Below are positions 36,358 through 45,948 of a stretch of DNA of 64,000 nucleotides, one piece after another. Within the stretch, counting starts at the first letter, position 1. The number at the start of each line of letters is the position of its first letter. Made by a program: the position numbers and the translations under genes. This stretch comes from Dehalococcoidia bacterium (GTDB lineage: Bacteria > Chloroflexota > Dehalococcoidia > UBA2979): contig CAXXDN010000002.1 of NCBI GenBank assembly GCA_963667465.2, forward strand, positions 832,001 to 896,000, read 5' to 3'. Under the pieces are notes generated by a model. It was not told the DNA's origin. It searched no databases and was given only the letters and a program-made list of their open reading frames with translations.

Positions 36358-37206
36358 ATGGGCGAGGTCTACCGACGCAACATCGGCGCCGTCGCGCTGA
36401 CCGCGCTGCAGGACGGGCACGCCCGCTGGGCGCCGGGCGACATCCTCCGCCCCGAGGTCGAAGCCGACTTCGCCCCCTACCAGCACCTGATCGACGAGGA
36501 CGGTACGACCCAGCTGAGCATGACTGTCTACCTGCTGGAATCGCAGGGTGTGCGCGTGCTCGCCGACAGCGGCATCGCGGACCAGCCCATGGGCCGCCAC
36601 GACATGGACGAGCACTCGCAGCTGCCCTTGCTGCTCGACCAGGAGGGGATCGACCCTGCCTCGGTTGACTTTGTCGTGCACACGCACCTGCACTTCGACC
36701 ACGTCGGCTGGAACACGCGGCCGGAGGGCGATGGCTGGATCCCGATGTTCCCGAACGCCAGGCACATCATCCAGCGGCCCGACTGGGAGCATTGGGTGGA
36801 CACGGATCGCGGCTTCCCCGGCCCAGTCCTCGAGCGCAGCATCCGCCCGCTCGAGGCGGCCTCGATGATCGAGTTGGTCGAGGGGTACCGGGCGCTGACG
36901 CCGGAGATCTCGGTGGCCGCCGCCTACGGCCACACGCCAGGCCACCAGGTGGTGCGGATCGCGAGCGCGGGCGAGGGGGCCTACATCCTCGGCGACTCTT
37001 GCCACATCGCCATGCAGGTCTGCGAGACCGAGTGGTCGGACCGCGCCGACGTCGACCACGAGCAGGGCAACCGCTCGCGCGCCGCGATCATGGAGCGCGT
37101 CGACGCGGAAGGCGCACTGGTGATCGGCGGCCACTTCCGCTTCCCCGGCCTCGGCCGCCGCGTCCCCCGCGACGGGCGCTGGATGTATGTCCCGCTCGAG
37201 GACTGA
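36358..37206 (+). CDS. MBL-fold metallo-hydrolase (AHL-lactonase/MPH-like)
   Basis: HTHLHFDHVGWN, FPNA, GHTPGH, GD, GHF; GGGAGG RBS. Confidence 0.92.
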   Translation: MGEVYRRNIGAVALTALQDGHARWAPGDILRPEVEADFAPYQHLIDEDGTTQLSMTVYLLESQGVRVLADSGIADQPMGRHDMDEHSQLPLLLDQEGIDPASVDFVVHTHLHFDHVGWNTRPEGDGWIPMFPNARHIIQRPDWEHWVDTDRGFPGPVLERSIRPLEAASMIELVEGYRALTPEISVAAAYGHTPGHQVVRIASAGEGAYILGDSCHIAMQVCETEWSDRADVDHEQGNRSRAAIMERVDAEGALVIGGHFRFPGLGRRVPRDGRWMYVPLED

Positions 37207-37867
37207 CACTGCACCCGACTCCGCACCACGACCCACGCCGACACGACCGAGCGGCATCATCCTCGCCGGAGGTGGCTCGCGACGCATGGGGAGTGACAAG
37301 TGCGCGCTCGAGGTCGGCGGCCGAACGCTGATCCAGCGCGTCGTCGACGCCCTCGACGAGGTCGCGGGCGAGATCATCGTGGTGCACGCGCCGGGCGAGC
37401 TGCCACCGGACGTGCGCAGCCGCCTGCCGCTGCGCCTCGTCGCCGACCCGTTCGAGGACGCCGGACCGCTGGTCGCGATCGCCGAGGGCCTCGACGCCGC
37501 CTCGGCCCCCGTCGCGATCGCCGTGGGCTGCGACGCGCCGCAGCTCGAGCCGGCGCTGCTGCGCCTGCTCGGCGAGTGGGCGCAGGCCGGCAGCTCGCTT
37601 GTCGCGCCGCTGCACGAGGGCGTCCCGCAGTGGCTCTGCGCCGCCTGGCGTCGCGACGCCCTCCCCGCCCTGCGCGAGCGCATCACCGCGGGCGACCGCG
37701 CCCTGCACGATGCCGCAGAGGCGCTCGAGGCTGCCCTGCTGCCACCCGCGGCCTACGCTCACCTCGATCGAGCGGGAAACTCGTTCCTCAACGTGAACAC
37801 GCCGGAGCAACTCGCCGAGGCTCGCGAGGCGGTGCGTCAGTCGACGAGGCGGTCCGCGCCCACGTAG
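37187..37867 (+). CDS. mobA: Molybdenum cofactor guanylyltransferase
   Basis: ILAGGGSRRMGSDK, GPL, GCD.P, FLNVNTPE; start uncertain. Confidence 0.88.
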   Translation: MSRSRTDTAPDSAPRPTPTRPSGIILAGGGSRRMGSDKCALEVGGRTLIQRVVDALDEVAGEIIVVHAPGELPPDVRSRLPLRLVADPFEDAGPLVAIAEGLDAASAPVAIAVGCDAPQLEPALLRLLGEWAQAGSSLVAPLHEGVPQWLCAAWRRDALPALRERITAGDRALHDAAEALEAALLPPAAYAHLDRAGNSFLNVNTPEQLAEAREAVRQSTRRSAPT

Positions 37868-38664
37868 ACGTTGTAGTCGCCTTCGCGCGCGAAGCCGACG
37901 AGCAGCAGGCCCAGCTCCCGCGCGAGATCGACGGCGAGCGAGCTGGGCGCCGAGACGCCAACCACACCGGTCAGCCGCGCCATCGCGGCCTTCTGCACGA
38001 TCTCGAAGCTCTGTCGCCCCGAAACCACGAGGAGCGCAGGTGGCCTCGGACTCCTCGCCTCGGCGGCTTTCCGCGCAAATGCACCGATTGCCTTGTCGAC
38101 CGCGTTATGTCGCCCCACGTCCTCTCGCACCACCAACGCCACGCCGTCGAATCCGAAGACCCCGGCAGCATGCAGCCCGCCCGTCGCGTCGAACGCCGGC
38201 TGGTGCGTACGCAGCTCGCTGGTGAGTTGCGCGATCACCGCGGAGGGCACTTCGATCGGTTCGGCTGCGGGCGCGTGCAGCATCACCGCCTCGATTGAGG
38301 CCTTGCCACAGACGCCGCAGGAGCTGGACGTGAACATGCTGCGCCGGAACTGCTCGGGATCGATCGCCACACCGGCGGCAAGACGGGCGTCCGCCCGCCC
38401 CTCCCCGTCCAGCTCCACCGCGGCGATCTCCTCGATGCGTAGCACGATGCCCTCGCTGAGCAGGAAGCCGCGCACCAGGTCGTCGTCGTCGCCCGGCGTG
38501 CGCATCACCACCGCGATCGACTCGCCCTCGATGGCGATCTCGAGCGGCTCCTCGGCCGCGACCGCGTCGAGCGCGACCCGCGTCGCGCCGCCCTCGCGGC
38601 GCTCGACGGCAACCTCGACCGTGCGAGGATCGGCCGGGGCGCTGCCGGGCTCGGGCGTGGGCAT
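37837..38664 (-). CDS. fdhD: Formate dehydrogenase accessory sulfurtransferase
   Basis: EEPLEI, MRTPG, SSCGVCG, TGGLHAA, EDVGRHNAVDK, SAPSSLA. Confidence 0.95.
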   Translation of the reverse strand: MPTPEPGSAPADPRTVEVAVERREGGATRVALDAVAAEEPLEIAIEGESIAVVMRTPGDDDDLVRGFLLSEGIVLRIEEIAAVELDGEGRADARLAAGVAIDPEQFRRSMFTSSSCGVCGKASIEAVMLHAPAAEPIEVPSAVIAQLTSELRTHQPAFDATGGLHAAGVFGFDGVALVVREDVGRHNAVDKAIGAFARKAAEARSPRPPALLVVSGRQSFEIVQKAAMARLTGVVGVSAPSSLAVDLARELGLLLVGFAREGDYNVYVGADRLVD

Positions 38665-38809
38665 CGCGGGCGCTCCTTCGCTGCTGCGGGGCGGCTCACG
38701 GCAGGGTATACCGGCGACGCTCGCGTGGTGCGTCGCGCGTTCGGGTGCGGCAGGCTAGCGTACGGCTGCACGGTTGCGCAGCGACGCGCCGAGTCGGCTC
38801 AGGTGGGCG

Positions 38810-40633
38810 ATGGAAACCGCAGCGATCTCGGCCCTCGGCGTCATCGGTTTCGCCGTCGCCGTCACGAATCAGCTCGCGCGACGGCTGCTGATCCCGCCGA
38901 TCCTGCTCTACCTCATCATCGGCGTCCTCGCAGGACCGTCCGTGTTGGGCGTGTTCAGCCCCGACGCGCTGCACGAGATCTTCCCGCTCGCGCTCGAGGT
39001 GCTCGTCGCCCTGCTGGTCTTCGAGGGCGCGTTCGCGATCGACGTCCAGTTCCTGCGGCGGGTCGGCGCGGTGGTGCGCAACCTGCTGACGGTTGGGCTG
39101 CTCGTCACGTTCCTCATGGGAACGCTGCTGGCGGGGCTGCTCGAGGTGCTGCCCTGGCGGACGGCGTTCCTGTTCGGCGCGCTGGTCTCCGTCACAGGGC
39201 CGACCGTGATCGGGCCGCTCGTGCGCTCGGTCCGGCTCAACGACCACGTGCGCGCGGTACTGCTCGGCGAGGGCGTGCTGATCGACCCGCTGGGGGCGAT
39301 CCTCGCGGTGGTCGTGCTCCAGTTCGTGCTCTCCGGCCTGCACGCCGAGCCGTTCCTCTGGGTGCCCTCGCGGCTGATCGGCGGCGTGGCCATCGGGCTG
39401 CTCGGCGTGCTGATCGTCCGAGGGGTCATCCGCATCAATCGCGACCCCTCGCCGACGGAGATGACGCTGCTGCTGCTCGGTGTGAGCGCCGGCATCCTCG
39501 CGCTCTCCGAGCGCCTGCTCCCGGACTCCGGCCTGACCGCGATGGCGACGATGGGCGTCGTGCTCGCCTCCGCCGACCTGCCCCACCGCGACGTGGTGCG
39601 GTCGTTCGAGGACGAGTTGTCGCGCATCCTGCTCGCCGCGGTCTACATCCTCGCGGCGGCGACGCTCGACCTCGGGCTGCTGCGTGCGCTCTGGCCGAAC
39701 GGCGTGTTGGTCGTGCTCGGGCTGATGGTGATCGTGCGCCCGCTCGCGGTCGCGCTCTGCTCGCTGCGCTCCGACCTGCGACTACGCGAGCGGCTCTACA
39801 TCGCCGCGATCGCGCCTCGTGGGGTCGTGGCGGTGGCGCTCGCCGCCTTCGCGGGCGAGGCGCTCGGCGAGGAGCTATTCGGGCCCGAACTGACGGCGCT
39901 CGTGTTCCTTACTGTCGCCCTCACCGTTGCCGTACAGTCGAGTTATGCCGCGCCGCTGGCGCGGCTGTTGGAGGTGCGTTCGATGCGTGCACTGATTGCC
40001 GGCGCCGGGAAGGTGTCGAGGCGGATCGCCCAGCAACTGCACGCCGGCGGCTTCGACGTCGTGCTGATCGACCCGAACAAGGACGCTGTCGCCCGCGCCC
40101 GCGAGGACGGCCTCGACGCCGAGCTTGGCGACGCCTCGAACGTGGCGCTCCTGCGCAAGCTTGGCGGCGGCGACGCGTCGCTTGCCGTCGGCGCCTCGAA
40201 CAGCGACGAGACGAACCTGCTGTTCTGCCAGTACGTGCGCGCCGAGAATCCGGAGGTGACCGCCTTCGCGCGCGTCGAGCAGTCGGACGCCGTCGAGGCG
40301 TTCCGCCGCTCCGGCATCGCGACCATCGGCGCGGACGAAGCGGTGGCGGACGCGCTGATGGCGGTGATCGGGCAGCCGGTGCTGCAGGAGGCGCTCGCCC
40401 CCGGCGGCGAGGACCGTCTGACGGTCGAGTTCGTCGTCGGCTCCGGCCTCGACGGCCGCCGCATCCGCGACCTGCAACTCCCGCAGCGCGTGCTTGTCCT
40501 CCTCGTGCGGCGCGCCAGCGAGGACGTCGTCCCGCACGGCGAGACAGTGCTGCAGCGCGGCAACCGGCTGCTGCTCTTCGGCGGCGCCGCCGCCGTCGCC
40601 GAGGCCCGCCAGCGCCTCGCGCTTATCGAGTAA
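38810..40633 (+). CDS. Cation:proton antiporter with TrkA-N and TrkA-C (RCK) domains
   Basis: Multiple TMs, VTGPTVI, EG.LIDP, APRGVVA, then IAGAGKV Rossmann and RCK-C. Confidence 0.9.
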   Translation: METAAISALGVIGFAVAVTNQLARRLLIPPILLYLIIGVLAGPSVLGVFSPDALHEIFPLALEVLVALLVFEGAFAIDVQFLRRVGAVVRNLLTVGLLVTFLMGTLLAGLLEVLPWRTAFLFGALVSVTGPTVIGPLVRSVRLNDHVRAVLLGEGVLIDPLGAILAVVVLQFVLSGLHAEPFLWVPSRLIGGVAIGLLGVLIVRGVIRINRDPSPTEMTLLLLGVSAGILALSERLLPDSGLTAMATMGVVLASADLPHRDVVRSFEDELSRILLAAVYILAAATLDLGLLRALWPNGVLVVLGLMVIVRPLAVALCSLRSDLRLRERLYIAAIAPRGVVAVALAAFAGEALGEELFGPELTALVFLTVALTVAVQSSYAAPLARLLEVRSMRALIAGAGKVSRRIAQQLHAGGFDVVLIDPNKDAVARAREDGLDAELGDASNVALLRKLGGGDASLAVGASNSDETNLLFCQYVRAENPEVTAFARVEQSDAVEAFRRSGIATIGADEAVADALMAVIGQPVLQEALAPGGEDRLTVEFVVGSGLDGRRIRDLQLPQRVLVLLVRRASEDVVPHGETVLQRGNRLLLFGGAAAVAEARQRLALIE

Positions 40634-40661
40634 GGCGGGCGGCCTGGCGGGACGATGCCCG

Positions 40662-41816
40662 CTACTGCGCGACGAACGACGTCTTCTGCCCGTTCACCCG
40701 CACCTCGTACTCCGCGCCCGGCTCGAAGTCGGAGCCAAGGGGGGCGATCGTCTCTACCGAGGGGTAGTCGGCGGTGCAGATGACGAGTTGGTCGGCGACC
40801 TCGTGGTGCGTGACGAGGACCTCGATCCGGTTGGCTTCCTCGCGCCGGATCTCATAGCCGTTGAACCGGGAGCAGCCGCTACCCTTCGGCAGGCCCGAGA
40901 CGATGCGCAACTGGTACTGCGGCGGGTGGCTCTCGAGGATAGCGACCTCGACACGCTCGATCGGTGACTCGGCGATGATGCTGTACGGGAAGTCGGGTCG
41001 CGGGAGGGTGAAGCTGGTGACCAGCTGGTCGTTGACGATCACGCGGTAGCGCTCACCGGGCTCGAGCGGCTCCGCGAGGTGCAGCACGGTGTCCTGCACC
41101 ATCACCTCCGCGTCGCAGTCGATCGCCCACGGGGTGGGCGGCGGCTGCATCAGCGTCACGCGAGCGCGGATCACGCCGCCCTCGACCTCGATCGTCTCGT
41201 TGCCGAGCCCTGAGCAGCCCTCGACGAGCGTCCGCACGTACTCGACGCGCAGGTACGGCTCCGGCTCGTTCGGGATCAGGTTGGCGCGGACGACCGACAC
41301 CGGGGTCTCGACCCGGGTGCGCCAGTCCGTTCCTTCGTCGACGAGATTCGGGGGCGGCTGCACCAGCACGAGGAGCATGTCCACTTTGCTCGGCCTGCCG
41401 CGGGTGATGACGTCGTAGGCCGTGTCGTTGGTGAAGGCGAGGCGGCCATCCGACTCGATGATGCGGGCGCTTACGGAGTACGTGTTGCGGGACTCGATGT
41501 CCTCGCGGCTGTACTCGACCTTGAAGCGGATTGGGACCTGGCCCGGGTCGGAGATGGTCTGGCGCGCGATCAACTCTGCCGAGGTGTCCTGGTATGAGGT
41601 GTCCCGCAGTTCGACGACGAGCATCGCGCCGGGAGTGAGCGCGATCCGTTCGCGGTAGGTGACCGTGCCGCTAACCGAAGCGTTCGGCTCGCGGCCCGAG
41701 GGGATCTCGATCGTCGCGTTCTCCGGCTGCTGCTCGCTCTGACAGCCGACGACGGCCATGAGGCCGAGCCAGCCTCCGACCAGGTACAGCAGCGCAGTCT
41801 TAACTATCGCCGCCAT
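40662..41816 (-). CDS. Lipoprotein with YbaY domain and two tandem Cys-pair repeats
   Basis: VVGC lipobox; VSGTVTYRERIAL, GQVPIRF, YSVSARI YbaY pattern. Confidence 0.8.
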   Translation of the reverse strand: MAAIVKTALLYLVGGWLGLMAVVGCQSEQQPENATIEIPSGREPNASVSGTVTYRERIALTPGAMLVVELRDTSYQDTSAELIARQTISDPGQVPIRFKVEYSREDIESRNTYSVSARIIESDGRLAFTNDTAYDVITRGRPSKVDMLLVLVQPPPNLVDEGTDWRTRVETPVSVVRANLIPNEPEPYLRVEYVRTLVEGCSGLGNETIEVEGGVIRARVTLMQPPPTPWAIDCDAEVMVQDTVLHLAEPLEPGERYRVIVNDQLVTSFTLPRPDFPYSIIAESPIERVEVAILESHPPQYQLRIVSGLPKGSGCSRFNGYEIRREEANRIEVLVTHHEVADQLVICTADYPSVETIAPLGSDFEPGAEYEVRVNGQKTSFVAQ

Positions 41817-41924
41817 TCGAGCGACCTCCGGGATGGCTCCAGATCCGAGCTTTGCCGTCAAGATCCAGACGCTGGCGGTCGCGCGTTTGTTCCCGCATCC
41901 GAGGCCAGGCGGGCAGGTCAGTGG

Positions 41925-44396
41925 CTACGGGTACCCCGTGCCCGGCGGGTCGTACTCCGCGGGGTCGAACAGCGGCTCGGAGGTGACGACGCGCTGCTCG
42001 CGCAGGCTCGCGATCTCGGCGGCGTCGTACCCGAACTCGGCGAGGAGGGCGTCGCCGTGCTCGCCGGCCAGCGCGCCGGCGCGGTACGAGCCGGGCGTGC
42101 GGCTCAGCGTCACCTGCGGGCCGTGCCGCCGGTAGTTGCCCCAGAGCGTGTGTTCGGCCTCGAGATCCCAGCCGTTCGCCTCGATCTGCGGGTCGTCGGC
42201 GAAGAACTCGCCGGGCGATCCGCCGTCCGCCTGCACGCAGCCCACGCCGAGCGGCGCGAGCAGCCCCTCCCACTCGAGGGCGGCGCGCTGCGCGAAGAGG
42301 CCGCGCAGCTCCTCGCAGAGCTCCGCGTCGTGCTCCCGGCGCGCCTCGCCCGTCGCGAAGCGGACATCCGAGGCGAGGTCGGAGCGGCCGCTGGCCTCGC
42401 AGAACGTCGCCCACTCGCCGTCCGTAACGACGCCGAGGAAGACCCAGCCCTCGGCGGCCCGGTAGAGGCGGTAGAGCGCGTTCAGGCCGTGCAGATCGGC
42501 GTCGACCGTCGGGCGTGACGCCTTGCCCTCGTAGGAGAGGAAGTCGTCGGAGTTCGCGTAGGCGTTCGCGCCGAGCATGCTCATCGAGACCAGCTGCCCG
42601 ATGCCGAAGCGCTGCTGCGCGTAGAGCCCGAGCAGCATCGCGTTCTGGACCACGGAGCCGGTATTCGGGTCCGGGTTGCCCTCGTTCGCTCGGTAGAGCC
42701 AACGTGCGGCCTCGCTCGCGTCGGGGATCGAGCCGACCGCGGTCGGCGGCATCGCCGCGCCGGCCTGGTAGAGCTGGCCGCCGGTGGCCGCGCCGGGGAT
42801 CGGGTGCGCCGAGGGCCGAGCCGCGCTCGGTCCCTTCGGGCCGTAGCCATTGACCTGCAGGTAGACGATGTCCGGGCGGATCTCACGCACCTGCTCGTAG
42901 CCGATGCCGAGCCGCTCCGGCACGCCGGGCCGGAAATTGTGCATCACCGCGTCCGCCTCCTCGATCAGGCGACGGACGATCGCGCGGCCTTCCTCGCGCT
43001 TGAGGTCGATGCAGATGCTCTCTTTGCCCGCCGAGGTCTTGGCGATGCCGCAGAAGGAGCCGAGCCCGTAGCCCATCCCCCGGTAGGGGTCGCCCTCGGG
43101 CGCCTCGACCTTGATCACGCGCGCGCCGAGGTCCGCGAGGAAGGTGATGCCGAGCGGTGCGGCGATGATCGTGCCGAACTCGATGATCGTGACGCCCTCG
43201 AGGGGTGGGCGGTCGCTGGGGGTGGCGTCGTTGGCAGGCTGCCAGGGTGCGCGCGGCGCCTCGGCGAGCACCTCCTGCGTGTGCTCGCCGGCCTCGGCGA
43301 ACCATTGCGGCGGCTCGCCCGGCGTCTCGCTGAGCTGCGCGATTGGCCCCAGCTGCCGCACGGGACCATGGCGCGGGTGGTCGAAGGCGACGACCTCGCT
43401 GTTTGCCTCGAGGTCGGGGTGGAGCAGGCCTTCCTGTGCCGACTGCACCGGCTCCGAGGCGATCTGGCCGTCCTCCTGGAAGAGCTCCATCCACTCGTCG
43501 AGGCTGCGGTCCTGCATCCGCTCCAGCATGAGGTCGCTCAGCGCGCGCCGTGTTTCCGGGGTGAGTCCCGTCGGTGCGTTCACGAAGCGGGGATCCGCGT
43601 AGATCCCGGAGAGGCCGATCGCGCTGATGTAGGCGTGGAAGTGATGCTCGAGGAGGTTTGCGAGCTGGATCCAGCGCCCGTCGCTGGCGACGACGGGGTG
43701 GTACTGGAGCGTCGGCATCGGCTCGAACTTCGCGTAGGGGTCCCCCTCGAAACCGCGCGGGTAGCGGCGGGCGAGCTGCGTGCGCACGAGGCCGAACAGG
43801 TCGGGCGGGAACATGCCCTGCAGCAGGCTCGTCTCGACGAGCTGGCCCTTGCCGTCGCGGTCGCGCGCGAGCAGCGCCCCGAGGATGCCGTTGACGGCCG
43901 ACTGCGAGGCGGCGTGACTGCCGACCTGCACTGCGGTGTACGCGGGGCCAGCGCGGCGCGGCTGCCCGGCGAACGACTGCATGCGCCCGGACTTGGCCGA
44001 CACGACGCCCTCGTACGGCGCGTAGTTGGCATACGGCCCGCGCGGCCCGAAGGCCGTGATCGAGCAGTAGACGAGACCGGGGTTGTCGATCGAGAGCGTC
44101 TCGTAGTCCGCGCCAAGCTGCTCTGCCTGCCCCGGCCGGTACGAGGCGACGACGACGTCGGCGCCGACGGCGAGTGCGTGCAGTCGCTCGCGCCCGGCCG
44201 CGGTCGTCAGGTCCAGCTCCACGCTGCGCTTGCCGCGCAGCCACATCGGCGAGGCCGGGAGGCGCCGCAGGGGGTCGCCGCCGGGGCGCTCGACCTTGAT
44301 CACGTCGGCGCCGAAATCGGCGAGGACCATCGTGGCGATGCCGCCGGCCGGTCCACTGCTGAGATCGATCACACGCAGGTCTTCGGCGAGCTGCAT
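41925..44396 (-). CDS. Tandem two-domain class III CoA-transferase, paralog of 30589-33081
   Basis: Same two-repeat architecture with long near-identical peptide stretches. Confidence 0.92.
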   Translation of the reverse strand: MQLAEDLRVIDLSSGPAGGIATMVLADFGADVIKVERPGGDPLRRLPASPMWLRGKRSVELDLTTAAGRERLHALAVGADVVVASYRPGQAEQLGADYETLSIDNPGLVYCSITAFGPRGPYANYAPYEGVVSAKSGRMQSFAGQPRRAGPAYTAVQVGSHAASQSAVNGILGALLARDRDGKGQLVETSLLQGMFPPDLFGLVRTQLARRYPRGFEGDPYAKFEPMPTLQYHPVVASDGRWIQLANLLEHHFHAYISAIGLSGIYADPRFVNAPTGLTPETRRALSDLMLERMQDRSLDEWMELFQEDGQIASEPVQSAQEGLLHPDLEANSEVVAFDHPRHGPVRQLGPIAQLSETPGEPPQWFAEAGEHTQEVLAEAPRAPWQPANDATPSDRPPLEGVTIIEFGTIIAAPLGITFLADLGARVIKVEAPEGDPYRGMGYGLGSFCGIAKTSAGKESICIDLKREEGRAIVRRLIEEADAVMHNFRPGVPERLGIGYEQVREIRPDIVYLQVNGYGPKGPSAARPSAHPIPGAATGGQLYQAGAAMPPTAVGSIPDASEAARWLYRANEGNPDPNTGSVVQNAMLLGLYAQQRFGIGQLVSMSMLGANAYANSDDFLSYEGKASRPTVDADLHGLNALYRLYRAAEGWVFLGVVTDGEWATFCEASGRSDLASDVRFATGEARREHDAELCEELRGLFAQRAALEWEGLLAPLGVGCVQADGGSPGEFFADDPQIEANGWDLEAEHTLWGNYRRHGPQVTLSRTPGSYRAGALAGEHGDALLAEFGYDAAEIASLREQRVVTSEPLFDPAEYDPPGTGYP

Positions 44397-44462
44397 CCGT
44401 CCTCCGTGGCTCCTCGCGCCTGCCGCCGGGCGCTTCCGGCTCGCATCATAGCCGCGAGCCGC

Positions 44463-45248
44463 CTACCCCGCCGTTACGACCACCTCGCTACCGCGCACGA
44501 GGCCAAGCGTTGCGGTGGCGCTGCCGTTGCGCATGGCCACCTCCAGCAGATCGGCGCTGCCAATCAGCGCCAGCGGCTCGCCCTCCGCCACGTCGCCGTA
44601 TGTCCGCGCCAGCGCCAGCCGCCGCCCGCCGGCCTCGACGCTCGCCCCGCGCCCGCCGCCGGCTGTCTCAATGTCGGAGCGCCCGAGGTTGGTGATCGCG
44701 TTGCCGAAGCGGTCGACATGCAACACCTCGCCGACGAGCCGTCCGCCCTCCCCACGCGGGTGCGGCAGCAGTAGCTCGACAAGGTCCTTGACCGGCGGGC
44801 CGAGCTCCTGCAGCGCGCCGCCGCACGCGAGGAAGGCGGCGGCGGGCGCGAACAGGTCGCGGCCGTGGAAGGTGGCGCTCACCGGCTCGCGACGCAGCGA
44901 GGCGCGCTCGACCGAGCGGACCGCCTCGAGCGCCACGCTCCTCGCGAGCAGCGTGAGCAGGCCATTGTCCGGGCCGACGACGATCTGGCCGCCGAGGCTC
45001 GCCGCTATCGCGCGGCGGTCCGTGCCGACGCCGGGATCGACGACGGCGAGATGGACCGTGCCAGGCGGGAACGTGGGCACGGCAGCCGCGAGGAACAGCG
45101 CGCCCTCGAGCACGTCCTGCGGCGCGATCTCGTGCGTGAGTGCGAGGACGCGGACGCCCTCGCACTGCGTGAGCAGCACGCCCTTGAGCTGTGCGACGTA
45201 GGGATCGCGCGTCCCGAAGTCGGTGGTCAGCGTGAGAATTCCAGGCAC
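44463..45248 (-). CDS. SAM hydroxide adenosyltransferase / chlorinase-fluorinase family (DUF62)
   Basis: LTTDFG..D.YV, VVDPGVG, GPDNG, STFHGRD-like, VDRFGN. Confidence 0.92.
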   Translation of the reverse strand: MPGILTLTTDFGTRDPYVAQLKGVLLTQCEGVRVLALTHEIAPQDVLEGALFLAAAVPTFPPGTVHLAVVDPGVGTDRRAIAASLGGQIVVGPDNGLLTLLARSVALEAVRSVERASLRREPVSATFHGRDLFAPAAAFLACGGALQELGPPVKDLVELLLPHPRGEGGRLVGEVLHVDRFGNAITNLGRSDIETAGGGRGASVEAGGRRLALARTYGDVAEGEPLALIGSADLLEVAMRNGSATATLGLVRGSEVVVTAG

Positions 45249-45296
45249 GTCGCGAGGATAGCGCGACGGGAGCGCGACGGGGCGCGCGCGGCTTGA

Positions 45297-45860
45297 TCAG
45301 CCTGGCGCGACCTCCGCGACCTCCGCGACCTCCGCGCCCTCGCGCGGACGGACCGCGGATGAGGGGCGCGCTCCGGCCTCCCCGGTCGCCTCGCTACGGC
45401 GGATGCGCATGGCGACGGCGATCAGCGCCGCGCCCGCCAGCTCCAGCAACTCCTCGATCACGACGACGCTCGCGAGGTTGTCGAGCAGCACGGCGACCGC
45501 GGCGATCCCGAATCCGAGCGTCAGCACGGCGAAGGCGCGAGAGCTGCGCCGGAGTTCGACGAGGTGCATGAGCGAGATCGCGGCGGCCAGCAGTACGTAC
45601 CCGGCGAGGACCACGTCGTCCCAGTGCGAGGTGTGCCACGGCGCGGGCGCGCCCAGCGAGGCGATCGCCCAGCCGATCGCCTCGTGCAGACCGAGCAGCT
45701 CGTCGAGGGCGAGGATGGTGAGGCCGACAGCCGCAAGCCGCCAATAGCCCGCGCGCAGGCTCCTCCAGCAGCGGAATGCCTCGGCCGCCGCGCAGATCAG
45801 CAGCGCCGCGACGGCGGCATCGATGAACGTGAAGACGGGCGTGACCACCATGGTGGTCAC
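45297..45860 (-). CDS. Integral membrane protein, unknown function
   Basis: About five TMs; LALDELLGLHE and IEELLEL.G motifs. Confidence 0.75.
   Translation of the reverse strand: MTTMVVTPVFTFIDAAVAALLICAAAEAFRCWRSLRAGYWRLAAVGLTILALDELLGLHEAIGWAIASLGAPAPWHTSHWDDVVLAGYVLLAAAISLMHLVELRRSSRAFAVLTLGFGIAAVAVLLDNLASVVVIEELLELAGAALIAVAMRIRRSEATGEAGARPSSAVRPREGAEVAEVAEVAPG
45307..45333. repeat. 9-bp tandem repeat (GCGACCTCC)x3
   Basis: Read directly; encodes AEV repeats at the end of the membrane protein. Confidence 0.85.
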
Positions 45861-45881
45861 GCCCGCCCGCTGATCCGGTCG

Positions 45882-45916
45882 CGCATGCGCCGCCTCATCA
45901 TGGGGCGGCGCATGCG
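45882..45916. terminator. 16-bp stem-loop downstream of the betaine-binding protein gene
   Basis: CGCATGCGCCGCCTCA-TCA-TGGGGCGGCGCATGCG; no U tract. Confidence 0.55.
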
Positions 45917-45948
45917 GTCCGGGTTAGTCCGCGCGTGCCTCGAAGCGC

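Noticed and set aside
44463-45248. Possible fluorinase or chlorinase
   Set aside because: DUF62-type motifs (D, RR, FHGRD) fit the widespread SAM hydrolase; no halometabolite genes nearby
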